Shown here: one piece after another, positions 17,155-25,281 of the stretch
How positions within the stretch are numbered: the first letter of the stretch is position 1
Layout: each line of letters opens with the position of its first letter
Source: Silvanigrellaceae bacterium
GTDB taxonomy: Bacteria > Bdellovibrionota_B > Oligoflexia > Silvanigrellales > Silvanigrellaceae
Direction: 5' to 3'
DNA length: 42,636 nt
Assembly (NCBI GenBank): GCA_049423385.1
Contig: JBMSQQ010000020.1
Location: forward strand, 1-42,636
Position numbers and translations under genes: made by a program
Notes under the pieces: model-generated
Databases searched by the model: none
The model's input: only the letters and a program-made list of their open reading frames with translations
What the model was told of the DNA's origin: nothing

Positions 17155-19473
17155 GTGACATCTCAACGAAGATCGATTCTGAAGTCTTGGAACCTGCATT
17201 TGTCAGTGGCTTGGATCTTCGCCTTCTTTTTGTTGACAAACTCGGAATGGAACGACGAATTCCGCGAAAGGGCGATCGCTCCCCTGGAATTCAACCTGCG
17301 AACAAAAATCAAAGGTGATCAGGAGATTTCAGAGCGCTTGAAAGTGATCGCCTATGGCGACAAGGCGGTTCGTGAATTTGGCGTTCAGGAAAATCTGCCG
17401 TTGTCCCGATGGAACACGCTTATAGATGCCATTGCTTCGCGTAGCCCTCGTGCCATTGTCTTTGACAAATTCTTCAGCTTTGCCATCGGTTCCGAGCAAG
17501 ATATTGCCGACTTCAAGACGAATTTGAAAAAACACGAATCGCTGATCATTGCCGCATCAGCGTTCGGTGTGCTTCCCAATCCCGACATCAGGTTCAAAAA
17601 GGAACAACTTGCTGATTGGAAAGTTGAAAATCCAAAAAGTCTTCCTTTTGGTCAAATGTCCAATATGATTGGCCCGCATCCGGAAATTTTCGACGCTTTC
17701 AGCAGAATCGGCAATATTCAGCTGCTGAACTCCGCCACCGTCGAGCCAGGTTGGCTCGAAACATCAACAAGTGGTTTGATCCCTCATCTCAGCCTCTCCT
17801 TTGCGAAACAAGGTGTTCTCGGCGCCAACCATGTCACGGTCGACAACAGCGAAATCCCGCTGGACCGCCATGGCCGGATTCCAGTCAACTTCATTCGCCG
17901 ACTGGCAGCATACGAGACATTCATTCCAGCCGCGCCTCTTCTGCGGCTCGGCAGGTCGGCTCCCCAGCTTCAAAAAATCAACAGGGACGATGTTGTACTT
18001 GTTCTTCCGGCCATGTTTGCCGGTTCCGTCGACTTCAAGAATTCGCCTGTCGGACGCATCGAAGGCGGGATATACCACATGAGTGTCATGAACAGTGTTT
18101 TGAGTCATTCACCAATTGTGCCCTTGTTGACAGGCAACGTGTCGCTGCTGATTGCCCTGCTCATCCTTTCTGCTCTCTCGTATTTCTTTTGCACCAGATT
18201 GAAAATCAAGACCGCCCTGATGCTGCTGTTGGCAGCCATTTTCGCAACCATTGGCATTGGACTTTTTGGCTTCGTCTATTTCTCGCATCTTTTGGATTGG
18301 CACATTTTTGTGGGTTTGCTGGTTTGCAATGGAAGCACGCTTCTGTCTTCACGGGTCATTCGTGAGGAAAGACAATCACAACTCATCGAGACGGCGCTGC
18401 AGGGAATGGTCTCGCCCGAAGTTTTGCAAAACATAAAAAGCAATCCCGGAATTCTCTATAAGCGACCCAATGAATTGAATCTCACGATCATGTTTGTCGA
18501 CATCGAAGGATTTTCCTTGCGAACCCGTGAAAGCCTGTCCGTGGACGTTTTCACGATACTGCACGCGCAGCTCGACCTGATCACAAAACACGTTCATGCT
18601 TACGGTGGCGTGGTGGACAGAATTCTTGGCGACGGTCTGATGTGCTTTTTTGGCTTCTCGTTTGAGGATGAAGGCAATCAATCCATGAACCCATCGGAAC
18701 ACGCCTGGCGTGCCGTTCGCTGCGCGATCGACATCCAGCGTGAAGCAGCTCGCCTGACGTCGCAGACTCTCAATCCAGTGGTTTCCCTGGGCTCCGTAAT
18801 CCCACTCCGGATTGGCATCAACACAGGTGAGGTTTTCCTGGGAAACCTTGGATCAGGCAAGAGGCTGGATTTCACGATCGTGGGCAACGCTGTCAACATG
18901 GCCAAGCGGCACGAAGATGCCTGCGAGACGTTTAGAATCCTGATGGGTTCGGACACCTATAAACATCTCCAGGCCCACAAGGATTTCAGTCACAAGGATG
19001 CACTCGACATTCGACCAAGATTGCTTTCACTCAAACATCACGATGATTTGGTCGTCGGCTGGGAATGCGATCCATTCAGCACCAATTCCAATCTGTTCAA
19101 ACAGGCCGCTGGCAAGGTCAAGGATGCCCTCGATGTTCCCCCGCCGGCTCAGGCAATCAAGCCGCGTCACCCTGTCATGCTGCGGCTCAACAAAATGGAT
19201 GAAGGCAATCTTGTCGACTTTCATCTCGATCGGTTGACCATCGTCAACAAGGATTACTACTGCAAAAAAGTTTATTTGAACCTTGAGTTTCGTCCGCAAT
19301 CAAAGTCGATGGCCAAAAAACTTGCCGATGCCAATCTCAAGTCAATTTACATCCAGGTGTTCACCGGCTCTCCCGCTTCGGAGACCACATATGTGCACAG
19401 CGTTAAAGTTGCTCACCTGACACAAGAAAAACTTCAGCAGCTGCACGAGATACTGGCGTCTGAAGACGAATGA
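17155..19473 (+). CDS. CHASE2-domain adenylate/guanylate cyclase with a C-terminal degenerate PilZ-like extension
   Basis: CHASE2 (PRAIVFDKFF, IPLD..G.I.VNF, SPVG...G...H), 3 TM helices, class III cyclase motifs IMFVDIEGFS, LGDGLM, RIGINTGEV, GNAVNMAKR. Start is GTG 17155 or TTG 17104. Confidence 0.88.
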   Translation: MTSQRRSILKSWNLHLSVAWIFAFFLLTNSEWNDEFRERAIAPLEFNLRTKIKGDQEISERLKVIAYGDKAVREFGVQENLPLSRWNTLIDAIASRSPRAIVFDKFFSFAIGSEQDIADFKTNLKKHESLIIAASAFGVLPNPDIRFKKEQLADWKVENPKSLPFGQMSNMIGPHPEIFDAFSRIGNIQLLNSATVEPGWLETSTSGLIPHLSLSFAKQGVLGANHVTVDNSEIPLDRHGRIPVNFIRRLAAYETFIPAAPLLRLGRSAPQLQKINRDDVVLVLPAMFAGSVDFKNSPVGRIEGGIYHMSVMNSVLSHSPIVPLLTGNVSLLIALLILSALSYFFCTRLKIKTALMLLLAAIFATIGIGLFGFVYFSHLLDWHIFVGLLVCNGSTLLSSRVIREERQSQLIETALQGMVSPEVLQNIKSNPGILYKRPNELNLTIMFVDIEGFSLRTRESLSVDVFTILHAQLDLITKHVHAYGGVVDRILGDGLMCFFGFSFEDEGNQSMNPSEHAWRAVRCAIDIQREAARLTSQTLNPVVSLGSVIPLRIGINTGEVFLGNLGSGKRLDFTIVGNAVNMAKRHEDACETFRILMGSDTYKHLQAHKDFSHKDALDIRPRLLSLKHHDDLVVGWECDPFSTNSNLFKQAAGKVKDALDVPPPAQAIKPRHPVMLRLNKMDEGNLVDFHLDRLTIVNKDYYCKKVYLNLEFRPQSKSMAKKLADANLKSIYIQVFTGSPASETTYVHSVKVAHLTQEKLQQLHEILASEDE

Positions 19474-19516
19474 TAGAGCGATAAATTTCAAGCTTATCCC
19501 GCAACAACCCTGTGAA

Positions 19517-20506
19517 TCAGCGCCCCGACTGGCGCAAGTGGGCAGCACGCAGGGTATTGAGCAACAGCATGGCGATGGTCATCGGCCCCACTCCACCAGG
19601 AACAGGCGTGAGCATTGAAGCAACCCGTGCGACGTCTGGATCGACGTCCCCGCAGAGCTGCCCGTTGTCGAGACGATGCATGCCAACATCGACGACAATT
19701 GCGCCGGGTTTGATGTGGTCTTTGTCAACCAGGCCACGCTTTCCGGCAGCGACAACCAGTACATCTGCATCGCGACAAACCTTTTTAAGGTTCGATGTTC
19801 TGGAATGGGCCACTGTGACGGTGGCATCTTCATGGAGAAGAAGTCCAGACATGGGTCGGCCCACAATGGAGCTTCGCCCAACAACCACTGTATTTTTGCC
19901 TGCAAGCGAAACGCCGAACAATCCCAGCATCACGATCACACCCGCAGGTGTGCAAGGCAAAAGTGCCCTCTCAAGGCGACCCTGATGCAAAAGTCCGACG
20001 TTGTCATTTGCAAAACCATCAACGTCCTTGTCGGGGCGAATTGTTTCGATGATTCGGGTCTGCGATATTCCTTTGGCCAGCGGCAATTGCACAAGTATAC
20101 CGTGAACATTTGGATCATCATTGAGCTGACAAACCAACTCAACGAGTGCCGCCTCGCTCACCATCTCTGCCGGGACTTCTATCAGCGAGGAGCTCATGCC
20201 CGCTTCCTTGAAGGCCTTCATTTTATGATTGACGTAGATACGGCTTGCAGGATCATCGGAAGCGAGAACGACTGCAAGATGGGCTGGCCCCCACGATTTG
20301 ACCTTTTCCGCACAGAGGTGACGAACCCATTGCGAGGCAATGCGCCCATCCAGGCTCAAGCAGGATGAAACAGGTTGTCCATTTGGATCCACGAAGTGCT
20401 GCGCAGACAAAAGACCTGTCGAAAATTCAAAACCATCCTGTCGCAACGCTTGAAAAAGACGCATCCCACACCTCTGCAAGGGCTGATTCGAATTCCCACT
20501 GTACAT
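19517..20506 (-). CDS. folD: Bifunctional methylenetetrahydrofolate dehydrogenase/cyclohydrolase
   Basis: YVNHK, GILVQLPL, KDVDG, PCTP, GRSSIVGRP, TPVPGGVGPMT; true start may lie further downstream. Confidence 0.96.
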   Translation of the reverse strand: MYSGNSNQPLQRCGMRLFQALRQDGFEFSTGLLSAQHFVDPNGQPVSSCLSLDGRIASQWVRHLCAEKVKSWGPAHLAVVLASDDPASRIYVNHKMKAFKEAGMSSSLIEVPAEMVSEAALVELVCQLNDDPNVHGILVQLPLAKGISQTRIIETIRPDKDVDGFANDNVGLLHQGRLERALLPCTPAGVIVMLGLFGVSLAGKNTVVVGRSSIVGRPMSGLLLHEDATVTVAHSRTSNLKKVCRDADVLVVAAGKRGLVDKDHIKPGAIVVDVGMHRLDNGQLCGDVDPDVARVASMLTPVPGGVGPMTIAMLLLNTLRAAHLRQSGR

Positions 20507-20545
20507 CAGGGCCGATTAACGCAGGGCAAGCGAATGATCAAACAT

Positions 20546-21676
20546 TCATGGCCAAAGCGTGCATGAAGGCACGAGTGCGCCGGTCTGCGGCCAGGCATAT
20601 CGACTCGTTTTTGAAGTCTTCAGATATGTTCCATGCGTGAGGAATTCAGCCAGCTCCAGATGTAAACTTGGCAGCCATGGTTTGGGGAACGGCAAATCGG
20701 TCGGCGAAAAGAAAGAATGTGAGGCATTTTCTGCCAGCACGCAGACTGGATTGTTGCCTTGAGGACCTGCCGCCCCGGCTTCCAAAACAGACAGCGTCAC
20801 TTCCGGGTGTGCAACCGGGTCGTTGTCCACGATGATTGTCTGAATTTTTGTTGAAAGGGGTTTCATTTCAGACCTGACGAATTGACCAAACCGGGCCACG
20901 GCAATCAAGTGATTCAATCTCACCCGGCAGTATCCCGCGCGTCCCAGCTGGCCTCGTTCCACCCGTTCGCAGGTTTCCTGATCACCCAGCGAGAGAGGAA
21001 GCTCAAAACCATTCCTGATGTTCAGAATATCATTGACCCGCCCCAAGACTCTTCCAATCTTGCCAAGCATGCGAATGGACACTTCGAAGAACGGACTGAA
21101 CAACATCGAGCGATCATAGAGGTCAGGTTCAAGCTGCGTGGCACGCATGGAAATTGTGCCGCCAAGGCACAAGCCGCCAATGACAACTTCACCACTTGCG
21201 ACGCCCCGCGAGAGTTTGTTCAGCCAACGGGCAAACGCATCATAATTGAACCAGTTGTTCACCCCAGGAAGAAACGTCTGCGCGTCGAGTTCTTCCGGCG
21301 CGGCACCGCCATGCCCCGGAAGAAGAGGAACAAGAACGTGATAGCCCTGCTCGGCAAAGACTGGCGCCATGCTTCCAAATTGCTTGGGACAAGAGGTAAA
21401 TCCATGCAAGAGGATGACAACGCCTTTGTAACCGACCTTTTCACTGGGCCTCGTCTGAAAGGGCTCGCATCCTGGCTGCAAACTGCGGGTTGCCACGGTG
21501 TTGAAGACGTATTCATCCCAAATTGCCTGTGCTGTTCCTGGAATATCGCTCTGAATGTTCGCAGGTCCCTGCGGCAAAACGATGTGGGTCGCGGCAACAT
21601 TGTCATCCGCGAACGCAGCCTGGTACACGAGGGCCAAAATCAAAAGTAAGAAAAGAAGTCGAGTCTTAAAAACCAC
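20546..21676 (-). CDS. Secreted alpha/beta hydrolase (carboxylesterase-like) with Cys at the nucleophile elbow
   Basis: Signal peptide, LLHGFT, LPGHG, GLCLGG, D..V, HSF. Confidence 0.8.
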   Translation of the reverse strand: MVFKTRLLFLLLILALVYQAAFADDNVAATHIVLPQGPANIQSDIPGTAQAIWDEYVFNTVATRSLQPGCEPFQTRPSEKVGYKGVVILLHGFTSCPKQFGSMAPVFAEQGYHVLVPLLPGHGGAAPEELDAQTFLPGVNNWFNYDAFARWLNKLSRGVASGEVVIGGLCLGGTISMRATQLEPDLYDRSMLFSPFFEVSIRMLGKIGRVLGRVNDILNIRNGFELPLSLGDQETCERVERGQLGRAGYCRVRLNHLIAVARFGQFVRSEMKPLSTKIQTIIVDNDPVAHPEVTLSVLEAGAAGPQGNNPVCVLAENASHSFFSPTDLPFPKPWLPSLHLELAEFLTHGTYLKTSKTSRYAWPQTGALVPSCTLWP

Positions 21677-21798
21677 CGAATATCACTCGCTTTACTTGAA
21701 TCACGATTTGCTTGATCCAAGGTTTGTACGAGTTTGCTGGAGGAGTCAATCACATTTGGAACAGGGGGTCCTTCAAAGACTCGATAAATTCGCAAATT

Positions 21799-22689
21799 TC
21801 AGTCCCTGTGCCAGTAGACGTTGGTTTCCCAAAGCATTCTGCTGTCCGCTGTCGCAGCTCCAGTCCGCGCATCCATAGAAAGGGCGTCGACCTCAACCGC
21901 CTGAATCGTCAGTGCACCCGTGCGGTATTCACCACTGGTTCCAGGCTTGTTCTTTCGGACGTCACCTGAAGCCAGGGGCACCAGACCACCGTTTGTGATC
22001 GCATTGATCGGAAAATTGATTGAAAACTTCGTAAGCTGGATGTCTCCAGCAACCATCGGCTTTCCTAGAGTGTATACCGGAAAGGAAGCACCTTTTTTCA
22101 GAAGCGCCGCAAGGTCTGCGGCATATTGAACCGCAGTGAGGTTGACACCGTTGATGTTCAGCACAGCTCCAGGAGACAAGTTTGAATTTACTACCAACAG
22201 CACGAAACGTTTGCCGGGCTCAGTGACAGCTTCATCAATTTCAACATGTTTTTGCTCTTGAATATTAAAGAAATCCACCCCCGTGACGTTATACGCGTCA
22301 TCGAATGCGTGGGTATGGTTGTCCACCTGGCCTTCATAGAAAGGATACATTCGCGTCGAAGTGTCCAAATCGAAATGCCCGCCTGAAAGCCCGGACGGAT
22401 TGGACACAACTTCTCCGCCGACAGGAGTGGATCTTGACGAGGCATCGCTCTGCGTCGAAGCGCTCCCTGCTCCAGAGTCCGAATCAGCAGAGTTGCTGCC
22501 TGTTTTTTCACCCTGGGCAGCAGCAGATCCAACCGAGGATTTTCCGACGTTGTCGACCGTTCCATTCGCTGCAACCGGGCGCTGCAGCAACTGATCAGTG
22601 ACTGCAGAAAACCTCGAAGAATCCGAACATCCGACAACAGCCAAAAAACATCCCAATCCTACGCATGACACATAATTTCGGCTGTTCAT
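21799..22689 (-). CDS. Hypothetical lipoprotein with a His/Asp-rich C-terminal domain
   Basis: VVG-C lipobox, Ser/Ala-rich linker, GGHFDLDT, HTHAFDD, terminal YWHRD. Confidence 0.7.
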   Translation of the reverse strand: MNSRNYVSCVGLGCFLAVVGCSDSSRFSAVTDQLLQRPVAANGTVDNVGKSSVGSAAAQGEKTGSNSADSDSGAGSASTQSDASSRSTPVGGEVVSNPSGLSGGHFDLDTSTRMYPFYEGQVDNHTHAFDDAYNVTGVDFFNIQEQKHVEIDEAVTEPGKRFVLLVVNSNLSPGAVLNINGVNLTAVQYAADLAALLKKGASFPVYTLGKPMVAGDIQLTKFSINFPINAITNGGLVPLASGDVRKNKPGTSGEYRTGALTIQAVEVDALSMDARTGAATADSRMLWETNVYWHRD

Positions 22690-22714
22690 ATTCAACTCCA
22701 GAGCAAATTTCGAC

Positions 22715-23638
22715 TCACATTTTACAAACAATCCTTCGCGCCAACCCGGCATTTTCCGTGTTGTGATTGTAAAAGGTCCCTTCGGTGTTCGCCGCTGCGT
22801 TCGACGGGCATGGAAGGCAATTTGGGCTGATGGCGGCTCCGTATGAAACCAGCGTCTTCGTGTCTTTGTTCAAAGGACAATATCCACTGTTGGCAGGCAT
22901 GCTGCCCGTGGTGCTTTGGTGCCTGAACGCAGCATCCCCTGCGCCGCCGCCTCCAAAATGGAGGACTCCTGCGACAGCACTTGAAGGTGGATTGAAGATG
23001 ACTGGAATCGTGCCGGCAGGAAATTCAACCACCGCCGGTAAATCCTTGACGGCCGTGACTCCAGACATGACAACGTACGCAATATTTGAAACCTTGACGG
23101 GCACGCTGCCCTGCAGAGGCGTCCCGGCGTCGGATGCGCTGATGGACAAACTTCCATTCATGGGTCCTGGTGCAGCAATCTTGGCTGCTGTTCGTTCAAC
23201 GACAGAAGAAACCCTGACCTTGAATTTTCCTTTGCCTTGACTGTCCAAAGGAATCGAATCCGCAACCGCCTCACCGGAAGAGCTCAAAAACTCAACCTTG
23301 AGTCCAGCAACAGTGGGCTGGGTGAGCGCGAGTGTGCCATTGGGTGTCTTGCCATTGACAGTGACTTCCACCTCGGAACTCATTCCCTGATGCAAATTGA
23401 TTTCAGCAAGACTGAACGACACACTCGAAGCGACCTCCGAAGATTGCCCCTGAACAATTGTTGAGGTCACGCTCCCCTTGCTCTTCAGAACAGTCGAGGT
23501 GCCGTTGGCAGTGGATGCATCGCTGGAAGACGAACTGGATGTGTTCGTGCTTTGAGCCTTCAGATTGTACTCGTCCGCCGGACCACACGACACGAGAACT
23601 GCAACGATGGAATAAATTGATTTTCTGAATCTCATCAT
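22715..23638 (-). CDS. Hypothetical lipoprotein (Ig-like region plus His/Cys-containing C-terminal domain)
   Basis: MMRFRKSIYSIVAVLVS-C lipobox, poly-Ser linker, beta-rich region, LH...HQ...YCP...YNH. Confidence 0.7.
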   Translation of the reverse strand: MMRFRKSIYSIVAVLVSCGPADEYNLKAQSTNTSSSSSSDASTANGTSTVLKSKGSVTSTIVQGQSSEVASSVSFSLAEINLHQGMSSEVEVTVNGKTPNGTLALTQPTVAGLKVEFLSSSGEAVADSIPLDSQGKGKFKVRVSSVVERTAAKIAAPGPMNGSLSISASDAGTPLQGSVPVKVSNIAYVVMSGVTAVKDLPAVVEFPAGTIPVIFNPPSSAVAGVLHFGGGGAGDAAFRHQSTTGSMPANSGYCPLNKDTKTLVSYGAAISPNCLPCPSNAAANTEGTFYNHNTENAGLARRIVCKM

Positions 23639-23673
23639 CACTTTCTCCCGACTCACTTTTATCCCCCAATGCA

Positions 23674-24882
23674 TCACGGCTTTGGATCATTTGCGAACAA
23701 CAAAAAACTCGCTCTTTCTTCGCTTGTCATCGACTTTCCAATGGGCATCACCGAATCACGTACAGCAGCCACAATGGAGGCCTTGTTTGTCGCATTGGTC
23801 CACGTGGCTATATTCTCCGTTCCCGAAAGCCTGGCCAGGGCACCGGTGTTGCCGGAGTTCGAAGCATGGCACATGTCACAAAACGTTCTCGCCTGTGCGA
23901 ACGTCATCGGCGATGGCAATTGTGGCGTTCCTGCGGTGGGCGTCGCAACCGGCGAGCCAGTCGCTGGAGCCGAAGGAATCGAAAGCGACGAGAGAAATAT
24001 CTTCGAATCAAAAACGGCCAGGACAGCTCCGGAAAAACCGAGGTTCCCATTCGACACCGAAAGAAGGCCGGCGATCTTTTGGAGGTTTCCAGTTGCTCCA
24101 CTGTAGTTGACCCGTGTCTGCTTTGCTTGCCATTCGCTCCCGGACGAGGTCAATTGCCAAAGCGAGTTTCCACCTGCGAGCCAAACGCTGTTTGATGACC
24201 CTTTCACCTGCCCGGCAGAAACAATTGGAACCGCTGGATCAGGAAAACCCAGCTCGGTGGCCAACAGCTGCTTTTCGCTGCGTGAAACGATCCAGACGCT
24301 GGCAGCCGATTTCAAAATCAAGAAATTGAGTCCAAAACCAATGGGAACAACACCGCCTGGCAGTGCGGCCTTCAGATGCTCCGGCAACACCGCGAGAGTC
24401 GGTGAACTCAACCGATTGACGGGCCTGATCACGTTCGTCGCCGACGACGATGACTCAACCAACCAAAAATCATCTGCCGAACTCGACAATGGCAAAAACG
24501 ACTTGCCCGCTGCGAAAGGCGGCGCGGAAAGAGGGGTTGGCGGGTTGAGCGAGCCGGATGAAACGGTAGCCACCATGGCTCCCAAGGGGGACCTGCCAGA
24601 CAGCAATGAATCATCGACGAACGAAAAGACTTCCGCCGACGAAAAAGCCTGTCCAACAACCGCGCCACCCTGGGCCGCTGTCAGCGTCAACGACACGGAC
24701 TTCGTGGAGTCAGCTGTCTGTGCTCGCTGCTGCGTGGTTTTTGCCCCCAAGGGAACGTTTACAGAGCTTGGGGTCCCGCAAGACACAAGAACCACAAACA
24801 AAGTTCCAAATGCCCCGCGCACAGACGGGGTTGCCGTCTTTTGAACCATGCAACGCATGTGTTTGAACTCGCGAATCTGCAT
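23674..24882 (-). CDS. Lipoprotein with C-terminal c-type cytochrome domain
   Basis: LVS-C lipobox; CDMCH heme motif (23866-23880) followed by a distal MP and a final helix (MTSEERASFLLFA) typical of class I cytochrome c. Confidence 0.75.
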   Translation of the reverse strand: MQIREFKHMRCMVQKTATPSVRGAFGTLFVVLVSCGTPSSVNVPLGAKTTQQRAQTADSTKSVSLTLTAAQGGAVVGQAFSSAEVFSFVDDSLLSGRSPLGAMVATVSSGSLNPPTPLSAPPFAAGKSFLPLSSSADDFWLVESSSSATNVIRPVNRLSSPTLAVLPEHLKAALPGGVVPIGFGLNFLILKSAASVWIVSRSEKQLLATELGFPDPAVPIVSAGQVKGSSNSVWLAGGNSLWQLTSSGSEWQAKQTRVNYSGATGNLQKIAGLLSVSNGNLGFSGAVLAVFDSKIFLSSLSIPSAPATGSPVATPTAGTPQLPSPMTFAQARTFCDMCHASNSGNTGALARLSGTENIATWTNATNKASIVAAVRDSVMPIGKSMTSEERASFLLFANDPKP

Positions 24883-24906
24883 GAGACTCTACCCACCTTG
24901 TCGGAA

Positions 24907-24933
24907 GGATCGGCTGCAGGAACACAAATCTGA
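24907..24933 (-). promoter_or_regulatory. Weak sigma-28-like promoter
   Basis: Minus strand TCAGATTT-N11-GCCGATCC upstream of the cytochrome c lipoprotein operon. Confidence 0.3.
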
Positions 24934-25281
24934 AGTTGAAACTGTAACCATACAAATATATTAAGATAATAATGCACAGCGAGAACAACAAAAGAGCATC
25001 CTCCAGACTCGGATCTGCCCAGCCAAGTTCCTTTCGAACCCCATTTGCAAAAAGAATCACATTATCTGTTCACGGCTTTCACAGCTGACAATGAAACACA
25101 CAAAAGCCCGGGTTTGACTCGTCCGCCCGCTTGGACAGCACCAAAACTTCAGGCAAAACCCACCGATTATATTAATTCTTTTTGCATTCGGAAAAATGAC
25201 ACATTTCAAATTCCGCTGCGGAATGGACCTTTGTTTTCATGAATCCTACCCATTGAAAACCAACACCGGAGAGCAAACACA

